A stretch of DNA of 62,261 bases, the filler included. It is 4 parts of 4 records of this genome, joined end to end, with 100 filler letters (N's around TTAATTAATTAA, not from the genome) between each part and the next. Parts side by side here need not be neighbours in the genome. Positions count along the whole stretch, not along the records: positions 1 to 24,667 come from DRR378314_2105; 3 more parts are not named here. One strand, given 5' to 3'. The translations under genes and the position numbers were made by a program. Within the stretch, counting starts at the first letter, position 1, and the number at the start of each line of letters is the position of its first letter. Under the pieces are notes generated by a model. The model made no database searches. It was given only the letters and a program-made list of their open reading frames with translations, and had not been told where the DNA came from. Of this stretch, positions 1 to 10,820 are shown piece by piece.

Positions 1-1412
1 GCGAGCATTTTAGCTCTCGCCTCGGTTTTATATTAGCGGCTGCAGGCTCTGCAGTGGGTATTGGTAATTTAGTTGGTTTTCCTGTCTCAGCAACAAAAAA
101 TGGGGGAGGTGCGTTTTTGCTTATTTATGCACTGTTTGTCATTTTTATTTGTTTGCCAGTGATGATGGCTGAAATGGCAATGGGCCGAAAAGCGCAAAAG
201 GATCCTCTTCATGCGTATAAGTTTCTTTCAAATAATGATAAGAAATGGACCTTTGCGGGTTTCTTAGCCGTCCTAACGCCTTTTATGATTGCCGTTTTTT
301 ATATGGTGATTACAGTATGGATATTTGGCTACTTGAGTCAGGTCGCCGTGGGTAATTTAGATAAATTAGCAGATCCGACGAGTTTTGGTGCTTTTATAAA
401 TAGCAGCAGTGTATTTGGTTACATGGCCGTGGTTGCAATCATCGTTAACTTAATACTGGTTGGTGGTGTAAAGGAAGGTATAGAGAAAGCAGCGAAGTTT
501 CTAATGCCGGCACTTTTTGTACTGTTAACAGCGCTGGTTATATACGTATTAACACTAGATAATGCAATGGCGGGTGTTAAATATTATATTATTCCAGACT
601 TTTCTAAGATGGACGCCAGTGTTTTAAATGGTGCATTAGCGCAAGCGTTTTTCTCATTATCACTTGGTATGGGTATATTGATGACATACGCATCCTATAT
701 CTCTAAAAAAGATGACATCGTTGGCAGTGCGAAAATGGTCGCAATTACGGACTCCCTTGTTGCCTTTATTGCTGGTTTAATGGTGTTGCCTGCAATCTTT
801 AGTTTTAATCCTAATACAGATCCAACGAAGTTGTCAGATTCTTCAGTTTCGATGATTTTTGAGTTCTTACCTAAAATATTGTTAGCGCTTCAGTCTGATA
901 TTGGCTATGTAGGTGCGTCAATTGTTGCGTTTATCTTCTTTTTATTAGTGTTTTTCGCTGCAATCACCTCTTTAGTGTCAATCGTTGAAGTACCGACTGC
1001 TACATTATGTGAGAAAAAGGGCATCAGCCGAAAAGTAGCGCTGCTAATTTTATCTGGCACGGTGGGTGTTTTAACGGTGTTATGCACTATGTCTTTTGGC
1101 ATGGTTGATTGGCTGACTTCATTTGTAACCTATGGAGAAAGCTCAAAGAGTATGTTTGATGTTGTATATGATGTGTTTTACGACACTATTTTACCGCTAA
1201 ATGGTTTAATGGTTTGTCTGTTTGTTATGTATCGCTGGAAAAAAGCAGGGTTGAGTGAGGAGTTAAGTCAAGGTTGTCCGACCTATGAGGGGAGCTTTAC
1301 ACAGAAATACGTTAACTTTTCGCTTTCTACATTTATCCCAGTGATTTTAGTGCTTATATTTGTCAACACGGTTGCCACGAAGTTTTTCGCAATCAGTATT
1401 TTTGGCTTTTAA
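1..1412 (+). CDS. Sodium-dependent transporter, NSS/SLC6 family (5' truncated)
   Basis: The frame is open from the window edge (EHFSSRLGFILAAAGSAVGIGN...GGGAF) and contains QAFFSLSLGMG and many TM helices. Confidence 0.92.
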   Translation, partial: EHFSSRLGFILAAAGSAVGIGNLVGFPVSATKNGGGAFLLIYALFVIFICLPVMMAEMAMGRKAQKDPLHAYKFLSNNDKKWTFAGFLAVLTPFMIAVFYMVITVWIFGYLSQVAVGNLDKLADPTSFGAFINSSSVFGYMAVVAIIVNLILVGGVKEGIEKAAKFLMPALFVLLTALVIYVLTLDNAMAGVKYYIIPDFSKMDASVLNGALAQAFFSLSLGMGILMTYASYISKKDDIVGSAKMVAITDSLVAFIAGLMVLPAIFSFNPNTDPTKLSDSSVSMIFEFLPKILLALQSDIGYVGASIVAFIFFLLVFFAAITSLVSIVEVPTATLCEKKGISRKVALLILSGTVGVLTVLCTMSFGMVDWLTSFVTYGESSKSMFDVVYDVFYDTILPLNGLMVCLFVMYRWKKAGLSEELSQGCPTYEGSFTQKYVNFSLSTFIPVILVLIFVNTVATKFFAISIFGF

Positions 1413-1430
1413 TAGCTAAAATCACAAGGT

Positions 1431-1480
1431 ATAAAACGCGCTTTAATGAAGTCACTACACTTCATTAAAGCGCGTTTTAT
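1431..1480. terminator. Bidirectional intrinsic terminator
   Basis: Perfect 22-bp inverted repeat ATAAAACGCGCTTTAATGAAGT-cactac-ACTTCATTAAAGCGCGTTTTAT between convergent genes. Confidence 0.8.
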
Positions 1481-2121
1481 AATGCCCCTGCATCTAAATA
1501 TTGACCTACCCCAAGAGTAAACATCCATAACCCCCATAGGCTGTGTTCTATCACGCAAACAAATGTTGAGCGGCTCTGTGCGTAGGTATAAGAAAATAAA
1601 AGTCCCCCTAAAAAAGCGAGCAGCACTGCAACCCAATTAGCATAAACAACATGCGCAAGTGCAAATACAAATGCACTGGTGAAAATACGAACTGTTTTAT
1701 GGGGCATGATTCGTTTGTAGCGGTGAAAAAAATAGGTTCGGAAAATCAATTCTTGCGGTAACACAGATAACAAAGGATAAAGGACAAGTAATAATAACCA
1801 ATCATTTAATGATGTTCTCGGCATAACAAACCAATTACCTTGATTCATTATCGAATAGAATACCCCAGAAAATAATGCACCGATAAAAAAAAAGCTAAAT
1901 AAGCGCCGTTTAACTGCACTGAACTGACCTAAGCTCGTGAGCCTAAAGCGTTTAAATTGAGGGTCGCCGAGTAATAACATACAGCACACACTCATTAAAA
2001 TAATCAGTGCGGGTATAAGCCAGTTTGCTAAGTAAGCTCTAAGTGTAAACCCTAATAAAGGTAATACGATAAAGATTAGGGTAAATTCAAACCATCGGTA
2101 TTGAGTGGCGTTCAAGGTCAT
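1477..2121 (-). CDS. CPBP/Abi (CAAX protease-like) intramembrane metalloprotease
   Basis: QELIFR, FALAH and HSLWG motifs in a hydrophobic protein. Confidence 0.85.
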   Translation of the reverse strand: MTLNATQYRWFEFTLIFIVLPLLGFTLRAYLANWLIPALIILMSVCCMLLLGDPQFKRFRLTSLGQFSAVKRRLFSFFFIGALFSGVFYSIMNQGNWFVMPRTSLNDWLLLLVLYPLLSVLPQELIFRTYFFHRYKRIMPHKTVRIFTSAFVFALAHVVYANWVAVLLAFLGGLLFSYTYAQSRSTFVCVIEHSLWGLWMFTLGVGQYLDAGAL

Positions 2122-2176
2122 CTCGGTTCTGGGTTTGCAAATAAGGCTAACAAGCTAAAACGACATTTTTATTACA

Positions 2177-2773
2177 TCATTGGTGCTTTTTATCATTTAG
2201 TGTTGGCTTGTCATCTTCGTCAGGTAAGTATTTATACACCATGATGATGCTGGCCAAAATACTCAAAAATGTCATTCCCATGAGGCCAAATACTTTAAAA
2301 CTGACCCAAAAATCCAACGAGCAGTAATAGGCAATATAGAGGTTGAGTACTGCAATACATGCTGTGACAAAAGCCCAAAAGAGATTAAGTACATCCCACC
2401 GAGTATTAGGAATGCTCAATGGTTGTTTACTGGCATAGGCTGTTTGTAATACGGGGCCTAGCGACTTCTTAACGATGTTTTTACCTAAAATATATCGGCT
2501 AAATACCAAGGCGACCGATATAGCAGCATAGATCACGGTGGCTTTTAGCTTAACAAATTGTTCATCGTGAAAGAGTAAGGTGAGTGTACCAAGTACGATG
2601 GCAAGGGTGAACATAAGCCATTGGCGTGTTGGTATTTTACGGTATACATAATAACTAAGAATAATTTGAATGAATGTTGCGGCCATTAAAACGCCGGTAG
2701 CCCAGTAAATATCGACTAATTTGAAAACAATAAAAAATAATATAAGGGGAATGTATTCGCTTACTACACGCAT
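2177..2773 (-). CDS. yciB: Inner-membrane protein YciB/IspZ
   Basis: PLILFF, DIYWAT, FVKLKAT and FWVSFKVFG motifs; ATG at 2773 preferred over the upstream TTG. Confidence 0.85.
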   Translation of the reverse strand: MRVVSEYIPLILFFIVFKLVDIYWATGVLMAATFIQIILSYYVYRKIPTRQWLMFTLAIVLGTLTLLFHDEQFVKLKATVIYAAISVALVFSRYILGKNIVKKSLGPVLQTAYASKQPLSIPNTRWDVLNLFWAFVTACIAVLNLYIAYYCSLDFWVSFKVFGLMGMTFLSILASIIMVYKYLPDEDDKPTLNDKKHQ

Positions 2774-2926
2774 AATATACTTTGATTTCTGGAAAAAGGG
2801 ATGTTTTACCAATATATGTGAGGATATACAAGGTTGACTTACTCCCCGACAACCCTTAGCCTGCCTGCTTTTGATTTTTATACCATTTGAACCGTGTTAT
2901 TAAATCGCGGGGCTTTAGGAGCATTT

Positions 2927-3196
2927 ATGAATAAAGCAGACTTAATTACAGCGATGTCTACGCACAGTAAGCTGAGCAAAAAAGATTCAAAAGCAGCGCT
3001 TGCAAGTTTACTAACCGCTATCACAAAATCACTATCAGAAGGGGATCAAGTACAAGTGAATGGGTTTGGTACATTTGCGTTAAGTTATTACCCTGCACGT
3101 TCTGGGCGCAATCCGCAAACAGGGGCAGCAATTGAAATTGAAGGTGCTAACAAACCCATATTTAAGGCTGCTAAAGCGTTAAAAGACGCGTTGTAA
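2927..3196 (+). CDS. HU/IHF-family DNA-binding protein
   Basis: MNKADLI...GFGTF...RSGRNPQTG; AGGAG RBS before ATG 2927. Confidence 0.93.
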   Translation: MNKADLITAMSTHSKLSKKDSKAALASLLTAITKSLSEGDQVQVNGFGTFALSYYPARSGRNPQTGAAIEIEGANKPIFKAAKALKDAL

Positions 3197-3280
3197 TGTA
3201 GATTCTTCTCACCCTGTTACGCAATTACAGGGTGTTATTCCCTTCTTTTAAAAATATTCAATATTTTCAATGTATTAGAT

Positions 3281-3297
3281 TTGGCATGGTGTCTGCT
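3281..3297 (+). promoter_or_regulatory. Putative sigma-54 (-24/-12) promoter
   Basis: TTGGCATGGTGTCTGCT: GG-N10-GC about 40 nt upstream of the PfpI start. Confidence 0.55.
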
Positions 3298-3333
3298 TTT
3301 TATTTGAAAAGGTTTTTAAAATAAGGAGATATT

Positions 3334-3912
3334 ATGTCTACATTACAAACGGGTACTCAATTAAATGGTAAAAAAATTGCTATTCTAGCTGCAGATGGTT
3401 TTGAGCAAAGTGAGCTATTTTCACCGCGTGATGCTTTATTGGATGCAGGTGCAACAGTTGAAGTTGTATCAATTAAAGAAGGTGAGATAACTGGCTGGGA
3501 TGAAGATGTTTGGGGCGACAAAATTTCCGTTGATAAGCTTGCTAGCGATGTAAGCAGTGATGATTATGATGCGTTACTTCTACCAGGCGGATTATTTAAC
3601 CCGGATAGCCTTCGTCAAGATAAAGATGCAAAAGCATTTATTGATGGCTTTTTTGGCGCTAAAACAAATAAGCCAGTTGCTGCGATATGCCACGCACCTT
3701 GGTTGTTAGCAGAGATAAACAAGCTGCGCGATCGCACTGTTACCTCGTTTGCGAGTATTAAAACCGATTTAATGAATGCAGGTGCAAATTGGGTTGATAA
3801 AGAAGTGAGCGTTGATAGAGGTTTAGTGACAAGCCGGACCCCTGCAGACTTAGCAGCGTTCAACCAAAAATTTATTGAAGAAATTATAGAGGGTAAGCAC
3901 GCAGCTCACTAA
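3334..3912 (+). CDS. PfpI/DJ-1 family protein (YhbO-like)
   Basis: DGFEQSEL, LLPGG, AICHAP nucleophile elbow, LVTSR. Confidence 0.92.
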   Translation: MSTLQTGTQLNGKKIAILAADGFEQSELFSPRDALLDAGATVEVVSIKEGEITGWDEDVWGDKISVDKLASDVSSDDYDALLLPGGLFNPDSLRQDKDAKAFIDGFFGAKTNKPVAAICHAPWLLAEINKLRDRTVTSFASIKTDLMNAGANWVDKEVSVDRGLVTSRTPADLAAFNQKFIEEIIEGKHAAH

Positions 3913-3921
3913 AGTTTATTA

Positions 3922-3941
3922 GGGGCGCTGTTATGCGCCCC
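3922..3941. terminator. Probable terminator hairpin between pfpI and trpA
   Basis: GGGGCGC-tgttat-GCGCCCC between convergent genes; weak U-tracts. Confidence 0.5.
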
Positions 3942-3952
3942 CAATATCTGTG

Positions 3953-4780
3953 TTAAAGCTGGGTGGCAGCTTTCATGCTAGCGACAAATTCTTTTAAGCC
4001 ATTGAGCATTGCTTGTGGCTCATCAAGATTTGTTTCAATTATTTTTACAACTGCTGAGCCTGATATAGCGCCAGCAGCCCCAGCTGCTAGTGCTGATTTA
4101 ACATCATCTGGTGTTGAAATGCCAAACCCAAGCAGTGCCGGCGCACTGTGGTATTCTTTGAGTTTGGTTACAATGGGTGATGCAGGCATTTGTGCTTTTG
4201 TCTCTGTGCCAGTTACACCAGCACGAGAAAGCAGGTATGTGTAGCCTCTACCGTAAGATGCGCACTGGCGTAAAGTGTCATCAGATGCGTTGGGTGTGGC
4301 AATAAAAATTGGGTCTATACCATTATTCACTGCGGCTTGGCGGAACATTTTAGATTCATGCAGAGGCACATCTGCAACTAAAATAGAATCAACCCCTGCG
4401 GCTTTGGCATCTTCATAGAATGCTTCTAATCCACGCTTAAATACCAAGTTAGAATACAATAATAAACCAATTGGAATATCTTGGTTGTACTCACGCACTT
4501 GTTTAATAATATCAAAACAGTCTTGTGTATTAATATTTACATCCAAAGCGCGGATGTTTGCCGCTTGTATAACTGGGCCATCTGCAATGGGGTCTGAAAA
4601 TGGAATGCCGAGCTCTAGGGCATCTGCCCCACCATCAATTAAACTTTTGATAATATCAACGCTTAATGATTTGTTTGGATCGCCAATAGTGACAAAAGGG
4701 ACAAACGCGCCTTGATTTTGTTCTTTTAAGGCCGCAAATGTTTGCCCATAACGGTCTGTTTTTTGATTAATTTGGCTCAT
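3953..4780 (-). CDS. trpA: Tryptophan synthase alpha chain
   Basis: [25 protein letters not shown]. Confidence 0.97.
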   Translation of the reverse strand: MSQINQKTDRYGQTFAALKEQNQGAFVPFVTIGDPNKSLSVDIIKSLIDGGADALELGIPFSDPIADGPVIQAANIRALDVNINTQDCFDIIKQVREYNQDIPIGLLLYSNLVFKRGLEAFYEDAKAAGVDSILVADVPLHESKMFRQAAVNNGIDPIFIATPNASDDTLRQCASYGRGYTYLLSRAGVTGTETKAQMPASPIVTKLKEYHSAPALLGFGISTPDDVKSALAAGAAGAISGSAVVKIIETNLDEPQAMLNGLKEFVASMKAATQL

Positions 4781-5961
4781 GAATTATCTCCTTTAGACAG
4801 TACATCCATAACGTGTGATAAGTCTTTATCACCTCGGCCACTTAAATTAACAACTAAGACAGTGTCTTCAGTTTGTTGTTCTGCGTACTTTAACGCGTAG
4901 GCAATCGCATGGCTTGATTCTAGGGCTGGAATAATCCCTTCATTTTTAGCTAATGATTGAAATGCTTCGAGCGCTTCTTCATCAGTAATGCCAACATATT
5001 GAGCACGGCCTGTTTCATGTAAAAAGGCATGCTGAGGACCTACAGCTGGGTAATCTAAGCCCGCTGAAACAGAATATGACTCTTCAATTTGACCATCATC
5101 ATTTTGCATTATGTACGTATAAGTACCATGCAAAATACCTTTGGTTCCTTTACAAATTGTTGCACCATGCTCATGGGTATCCAACCCTTTGCCTGCGGGT
5201 TCTACACCAATCAGTTTTACATCAGGTTCACCGATAAAGTCTGTGAACATGCCAATCGCATTTGAACCGCCACCCACACAGGCAAGCACAGCATCTGGTA
5301 AGCGACCTTCAGCTTTTAAAACTTGTTGTTTAGCTTCTTCGCCAATCATTTTTTGGAATTCACGTACAATTGTAGGGAAGGGATGAGGACCTGCAGCCGT
5401 TCCTAATAAGTAATGCGCTTCCTTATAGTTCGCAGACCAATCTCGCAGGGCTTCATTGACTGCATCTTTTAACGTACCAGAACCCGCAGTAACAGGGATC
5501 ACTTCAGCACCCATTAACTTCATTCTAAATACATTGGGTTGTTGGCGCTCTACATCTTTTGCACCCATGTAAATGCGACATTTTAAGCCAAGTAATGCAC
5601 AGGCTAATGCAGTTGCAACACCATGCTGGCCTGCGCCTGTTTCTGCGATAACCTCTTTTTTGCCCATTCGCTTTGTTAATAACGCTTGACCCAGTACTTG
5701 ATTGGTTTTGTGTGCGCCGCCATGTAATAAATCTTCGCGCTTTAAGTACAATTTTACTTTTGGGTTTTTAATTAAATTACGGGTTAATGTTAATGGTGTG
5801 GGGCGGCCTGCATACTCATTAAGTAACTTTTCAAACTCAGCTTTGAATGCCGCATCAGTTTGTGATTTATTAAATTCATTTTCTAACTGCTTAAGTGCAG
5901 GAACAAGGAGTTCAGGCACAAACATGCCGCCAAACTCGCCGAAATAAGCTGGATTATTCAT
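4777..5961 (-). CDS. trpB: Tryptophan synthase beta chain
   Basis: [18 protein letters not shown] lysine, [20 protein letters not shown] 5961 with GAGG RBS. Confidence 0.97.
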   Translation of the reverse strand: MNNPAYFGEFGGMFVPELLVPALKQLENEFNKSQTDAAFKAEFEKLLNEYAGRPTPLTLTRNLIKNPKVKLYLKREDLLHGGAHKTNQVLGQALLTKRMGKKEVIAETGAGQHGVATALACALLGLKCRIYMGAKDVERQQPNVFRMKLMGAEVIPVTAGSGTLKDAVNEALRDWSANYKEAHYLLGTAAGPHPFPTIVREFQKMIGEEAKQQVLKAEGRLPDAVLACVGGGSNAIGMFTDFIGEPDVKLIGVEPAGKGLDTHEHGATICKGTKGILHGTYTYIMQNDDGQIEESYSVSAGLDYPAVGPQHAFLHETGRAQYVGITDEEALEAFQSLAKNEGIIPALESSHAIAYALKYAEQQTEDTVLVVNLSGRGDKDLSHVMDVLSKGDNS

Positions 5962-5968
5962 ATTTACC

Positions 5969-7333
5969 TCAATATTTGCGGATGCTGTTGAATGCATCAT
6001 TTAATTTTTGTTGGCACTTCTTGCCTGCGCTTAACTCAACCCCAGAATTTAAATCTAAGCCATGAGCACCTTGGTAAAGCGCGTTTTGAATATTGTCTGC
6101 GTTGAGCCCACCGGCTAGCATAAAGGGTTGCGTTGCTTCTTTTAAAACAGACCAATCAAATGTTTTACCCGTTCCACCCACTTGTTTGTCACTGTGTGTA
6201 TCATATAAGTGACGGTCAACGCCAATAACGTGAGCTGGAAGGCTGTCTTTGATAGCTTGCGCTTTCCATATTTGGCAATTAGACGGTAATTTTGAACGAA
6301 GCTCGTCTATATAGGCTTCATTTTCATCGCCGTGTAATTGCACTGCGGCTAACTTCAATGTGTTAGCATGTTCAGCGACCTCATTGATTGTTGAATTTAC
6401 AAATACCCCAACGTAAGCAAGTGGGGCGCTTTGCGTAATTTGCAATGCACAATCTAAATCTACGAAGCGCGGCGATTTCGTTGCAAAGATAAGCCCGCCA
6501 TATACGGCGCCGCTGTTGTAAGCATTTATGGCGTCTTGACTACGTGTTAAACCACATACTTTATTTTCGCCTAAAATAACCCGACGACACGCACGCTCTA
6601 GATCATGCTCAGCCATTAAAGAACTGCCAATTAAAAAACCGCTACACAATGGTGCTAGGCGTTTTACATCTTGATGGGTGTAGATGCCTGACTCTGAAAT
6701 GACTACTTTATTATTAGGAATAAGTTTACGCAGTCGTTCAGTTGTTGCTAAGTCAGTACTTAGATCACGTAAATCACGGTTATTTATGCCGATAATTTGT
6801 GCATCGAGCGCTAATGCCCTTGCTACTTCTTCTTCATTACTGACCTCAGTTAACACCGCCATTTTTAGGCTTTGAGCAACCTTAGCAAGTGATTTATATT
6901 GGTTGTCGTCAAGGACTGAAAGCATCAATAAAATAGCATCACCGCCATATATGCGTGCCATGTAGATCTGATATTCATCAATGAAGAAGTCTTTGCATAT
7001 TAGCGGCTGCTCAACTTGGCTTCGTACAAACTCTAAATAATCAAAGCTGCCTTGAAAATATTTTTCGTCAGTAAGCACGCTTATACAAGTTGCGTGTTTT
7101 TTATATACACTTGTTATTTCTGCTAAGTCAAAAGGCTCACGAATTAGCCCTTTCGAAGGTGATGCTTTTTTGCACTCTAAAATAAATTGAATTCCAGGCG
7201 CTGCTAATGCGCTATAAAAATCACGATTAGTTGGTATAGCTTGTGATTTAAAACTGTCGAGCGGTCGTTTGGCTTTACGCTCAGTGAGCTCTATTTTTTT
7301 ATCTGCAACAATTTTATCTAATACATTAGCCAT
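5969..7333 (-). CDS. trpCF: Bifunctional IGP synthase / PRA isomerase
   Basis: [10 protein letters not shown] and INNRDL, followed by NKVCGLTR and LAGGL. Confidence 0.96.
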   Translation of the reverse strand: MANVLDKIVADKKIELTERKAKRPLDSFKSQAIPTNRDFYSALAAPGIQFILECKKASPSKGLIREPFDLAEITSVYKKHATCISVLTDEKYFQGSFDYLEFVRSQVEQPLICKDFFIDEYQIYMARIYGGDAILLMLSVLDDNQYKSLAKVAQSLKMAVLTEVSNEEEVARALALDAQIIGINNRDLRDLSTDLATTERLRKLIPNNKVVISESGIYTHQDVKRLAPLCSGFLIGSSLMAEHDLERACRRVILGENKVCGLTRSQDAINAYNSGAVYGGLIFATKSPRFVDLDCALQITQSAPLAYVGVFVNSTINEVAEHANTLKLAAVQLHGDENEAYIDELRSKLPSNCQIWKAQAIKDSLPAHVIGVDRHLYDTHSDKQVGGTGKTFDWSVLKEATQPFMLAGGLNADNIQNALYQGAHGLDLNSGVELSAGKKCQQKLNDAFNSIRKY

Positions 7334-8393
7334 TGGTTACCTCTGCATTTTCGGCTTTATTACTATGTTCAACAATGGCGTTTAACGTGTTCAAGGCCTG
7401 TCCTGATTTTAAAACATCACTGACATACTGTGCGCCAGCTTTTAGGCTTTCTACTTTCTCTGTCATGTAGAGCAATGCCGCAACATTCACAATTATTGCT
7501 GCATTGTGTGCGTCTGAGCCTGTGCCCGACAATATAGCAAGGCTAGCTTTTGCATTATATTCTGGGCCTTCACCAGCAAGTTGTTCAAGTGAGTAATTTG
7601 CAAGACCAAAATCTTCTGCTGTTAACGTATATTGCGTGAGCTCTCCATGGTTTAACTCAACAACAGTGGTTGTCCCATGTAATGCAATTTCATCCGTGCC
7701 CGCACCATGAACAACCATCGCCCGTTGTGTTCCTAATGTTTTCAGTGTTTTTGCCATTGGCAGACATAAACTTTCATCATAAACACCCAGTAACTGCACT
7801 TGCGGAGCAGCAGGGTTTGCTAATGGTCCTAAGATATTAAAAATAGTTCGCGTTTTTAATGTAGTACGAACGCCCATCGCATGGCGCACACCACTGTGAT
7901 AATGCGGGGCAAATAAAAATGTAAAGCCTGTTTGCTCAAGGCAGGCAACGGCTTGTGCTGGCCTCATATCAATATTAATGCCAAGTGCTTTGAGTAAATC
8001 CGCAGAGCCTGAATTACTCGATACGCTGCGGTTGCCATGTTTCACCATGTTTATACCACAGGCTGCGGCGACAATTGCGGCAGTGGTACTAATATTAATG
8101 GTGTTTGAGCCATCTCCACCGGTACCACAGCTATCTGCAAGCTGAGTTAATTGTGTTTTAAATTGCACTGCATTGGCACGCATTGATGCAGCAGCACCGG
8201 CTATCTCGTCGCTGACTTCGCCTTTGATTTTTAATGCAACTAGTAAAGCAGATAACTCAATCTCATTGACTTCGCCTTGCATGATTGCATTGAACAACTG
8301 TTTGCTTTGGCTAAAACTTAACGATGTTTGCGCGAGTAACTCATCAATAAGAGCACGGGTGTTATGTGTTGTTGGCTGTTGTTTTACTGACAT
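7326..8393 (-). CDS. trpD: Anthranilate phosphoribosyltransferase
   Basis: DSCGTGGDG, NIST, KHGNRSVSS. Confidence 0.96.
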   Translation of the reverse strand: MSVKQQPTTHNTRALIDELLAQTSLSFSQSKQLFNAIMQGEVNEIELSALLVALKIKGEVSDEIAGAAASMRANAVQFKTQLTQLADSCGTGGDGSNTINISTTAAIVAAACGINMVKHGNRSVSSNSGSADLLKALGINIDMRPAQAVACLEQTGFTFLFAPHYHSGVRHAMGVRTTLKTRTIFNILGPLANPAAPQVQLLGVYDESLCLPMAKTLKTLGTQRAMVVHGAGTDEIALHGTTTVVELNHGELTQYTLTAEDFGLANYSLEQLAGEGPEYNAKASLAILSGTGSDAHNAAIIVNVAALLYMTEKVESLKAGAQYVSDVLKSGQALNTLNAIVEHSNKAENAEVTNG

Positions 8394-8401
8394 AAAATCC
8401 T

Positions 8402-9019
8402 CTACTGCTTTGTGTTAGCTAAAAACTGCATACTTTGTTGCAGTAGTGCTGCGCCATTGGGCGTTAAAATAGACTCAGGGTGAAATTGATACCCAAGCGC
8501 ACTATCTTCCTTGTGAAAAATGGCCATCGGAATTGAACCGAAATTTGCTATCACGTCTAATGTGTCAGGTACGACGGTAGCCATGAGTGAGTGATAACGT
8601 GCTACGGGCATACGTTCACCCATTCCATCAAACACTGGGTGCTGCGCTAATTCAATAACTGAAGATTTGCCATGAACGGTTTCACCAGCGTGTCCAATTA
8701 CACCGCCATAACTCTGAGTTAACGCTTGTTGCCCCAGGCAAATACCTAACATCGGGAATTTACCTTTACACAGTTCAATTAAGGCCATTAAACAGCCCGC
8801 ATCAGATGGCGTCCCAGGGCCCGGCGACAAAACCAAAATAACGGGTTTGGTTTCATTACACATTTTGTTAAAAATGAGCGTAGCCTCTATGTTGTTACGA
8901 TATACCACTAAATCGCTGCCTAACATAGAAAGTTCATCGACTAAGTTATAACTAAATGAATCAAAGTTATCTAAAAAGTAAATTTTTACGCTTGAAAGGC
9001 TTATGTTACGTTCGCTCAT
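8402..9019 (-). CDS. trpG: Anthranilate synthase component II
   Basis: DNFDSFSYNL, SPGPG, GICLG, RYHSL, QFHPES. Confidence 0.95.
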   Translation of the reverse strand: MSERNISLSSVKIYFLDNFDSFSYNLVDELSMLGSDLVVYRNNIEATLIFNKMCNETKPVILVLSPGPGTPSDAGCLMALIELCKGKFPMLGICLGQQALTQSYGGVIGHAGETVHGKSSVIELAQHPVFDGMGERMPVARYHSLMATVVPDTLDVIANFGSIPMAIFHKEDSALGYQFHPESILTPNGAALLQQSMQFLANTKQ

Positions 9020-9024
9020 TTTTA

Positions 9025-10590
9025 TTATCCTTGGTAGGTCGATTGAATGGCTGTAATAACAGCTTGAGCCTTAGCGCGTGTTTCATTTGCCTCAGATTGC
9101 GGATCTGAATCGTGAACTACACCTGCGCCTGCTTGCACGTAAGCAATACTATTTTTTACAAAGGCTGAACGAATGACAATGCAGCTATCCATAGCACCGT
9201 CACCAGTTAAATAACCGACGGCACCGCCATAACTGCCTCTGCGCTTGCCTTCCGTTTTGCGAACGAGTTCAGCTGCACTGACTTTAGGCGCACCCACTAA
9301 TGTGCCCATATTCATGCAGGCTTGATAGGCATGTAGTGCATCAAGTTCAGGTTTTAATGTGCCTACAACACGAGAGACCAAGTGCATTACTTGTGAGTAG
9401 CGATCAACTTTTAAAAGCTCTTTAGCATGACGCGTACCGGGAACACTTATACGTGCTACGTCATTACGGGCCAAATCGACCAACATTAAATGCTCAGCTC
9501 GCTCTTTTTGGTCGTTCCGTAGTTCGAGTTCGATTCGGCTGTCGAGATCAGGGTTTATTTGCCCATTTGCAAATTTACCACGAGGTCGCGTGCCTGCAAT
9601 TGGGTAAACTTCTACTTGCTGACTGATAGGGCAAAACTTCAAAGCCGATTCAGGAGAAGCACCAAATAAGGCAAACTCACTGTCTCGCATATAAAACATA
9701 TAAGGGCTTGGGTTTTGCTGTTTTAGCTGGCTATAAGCATGAAGTGGCTGAGCACAAGGTAATGAAAAGGTACGCGAAGGCACGACTTGAAAGATGTCGC
9801 CATCAACAATATGTTTCTTTAAGTTGATTACTTGCTGACAATACATCTCGTCACTGATGTCTACACTCACTTCACTGTGACCGGCTGTTTTTTCGGCACT
9901 GAAATTACTTGCTTGGTCACATACTTTATTTAGACGCTCCAGTTTTTTACCTACCTCAAAGCAGTTCGCATGCACATCTGGGCCATTAAAAACATTACCT
10001 ATAAGCTCAGTTGTTTTAGCTTGATGGTCAATGACAACTAACGTTTCTGCCAAATAAAAAACATAATCGGGGCAACTATTCTCGCCGTCGGGTACAGCAG
10101 TGAGCTGTTCAAAATTTGCGACCATGTCATACGCAAACACGCCCCCTAAGAATAGCGAAAACGGGTTTTTTGTGGTGCTCTTGATATTGTTAATACAGTT
10201 TCTCAATGCACTAAATGCGTTATCAGCGACTAATTTACTGCCCTCATCAATATCTTTAGCAGTGCCTTCATATTCAATGGTTAATGTGTGTTCATTTAGA
10301 GTTGTTGCGCAATTTTGTAATGTGTCTCTCAGATAAGGTAATAGCTGCATCCCATTATTTGATTGCGCAGTAACAGTCACGATTTTACCTGTACATGTTA
10401 CTTTCAGCGCACAATCAACCAAGATTAAACTTTTAACACTATCTTTAGAGTCAATCTCAGCTGACTCTAGTAATAATGAATTATCTTTGTCTAGCAGTGC
10501 ATACAATGCTAGCGGACTATGAATGTATTCTCTGACTTCGGTGATACTTGTGACCTCACCCGGTGCTGTTGTTATATGACTAAAAATCAA
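9025..10590 (-). CDS. trpE: Anthranilate synthase component I (TTG start)
   Basis: LLESAE, NPSPYMF, PIAGTR, EHLMLVDLARND; GAGG RBS before TTG. Confidence 0.96.
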   Translation of the reverse strand: MIFSHITTAPGEVTSITEVREYIHSPLALYALLDKDNSLLLESAEIDSKDSVKSLILVDCALKVTCTGKIVTVTAQSNNGMQLLPYLRDTLQNCATTLNEHTLTIEYEGTAKDIDEGSKLVADNAFSALRNCINNIKSTTKNPFSLFLGGVFAYDMVANFEQLTAVPDGENSCPDYVFYLAETLVVIDHQAKTTELIGNVFNGPDVHANCFEVGKKLERLNKVCDQASNFSAEKTAGHSEVSVDISDEMYCQQVINLKKHIVDGDIFQVVPSRTFSLPCAQPLHAYSQLKQQNPSPYMFYMRDSEFALFGASPESALKFCPISQQVEVYPIAGTRPRGKFANGQINPDLDSRIELELRNDQKERAEHLMLVDLARNDVARISVPGTRHAKELLKVDRYSQVMHLVSRVVGTLKPELDALHAYQACMNMGTLVGAPKVSAAELVRKTEGKRRGSYGGAVGYLTGDGAMDSCIVIRSAFVKNSIAYVQAGAGVVHDSDPQSEANETRAKAQAVITAIQSTYQG

Positions 10591-10603
10591 ACCTCATTCC
10601 CTC

Positions 10604-10640
10604 AAAAAAATAAACCCCGCAAGCTATGCTGTGCGGGGTT
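10604..10640 (-). terminator. Attenuator terminator 2 (trpE-proximal)
   Basis: Minus strand AACCCCGCA-cagcatagct-TGCGGGGTT-TATTTTTTT, ending 13 nt before trpE. Confidence 0.88.
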
Positions 10641-10682
10641 AAATAACGACATCTATATTTTAGATAAACCATTACTGTCCCG

Positions 10683-10733
10683 CTAAGCCAGGCGCCACCA
10701 CCAATGATGTGTAAGAGTTAAATCGTTATTCAT
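10683..10733 (-). CDS. trpL: trp leader peptide 2 (MNNDLTLTHHWWWRLA)
   Basis: Hand translation; three tandem TGG codons; AGGGT RBS; followed by terminator 2. Confidence 0.88.
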   Translation of the reverse strand: MNNDLTLTHHWWWRLA

Positions 10734-10758
10734 GTTTGTTACCCTAAAATTTATGTAT

Positions 10759-10783
10759 AAAAAAACCCGCTATAAGCGGGTTT
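10759..10783 (-). terminator. Attenuator terminator 1 (promoter-proximal)
   Basis: Minus strand AAACCCGC-ttata-GCGGGTTT-TTTT. Confidence 0.88.
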
Positions 10784-10820
10784 AGAATGTGTTAGACACG
10801 ACAATTCGTCACCCGATAAT

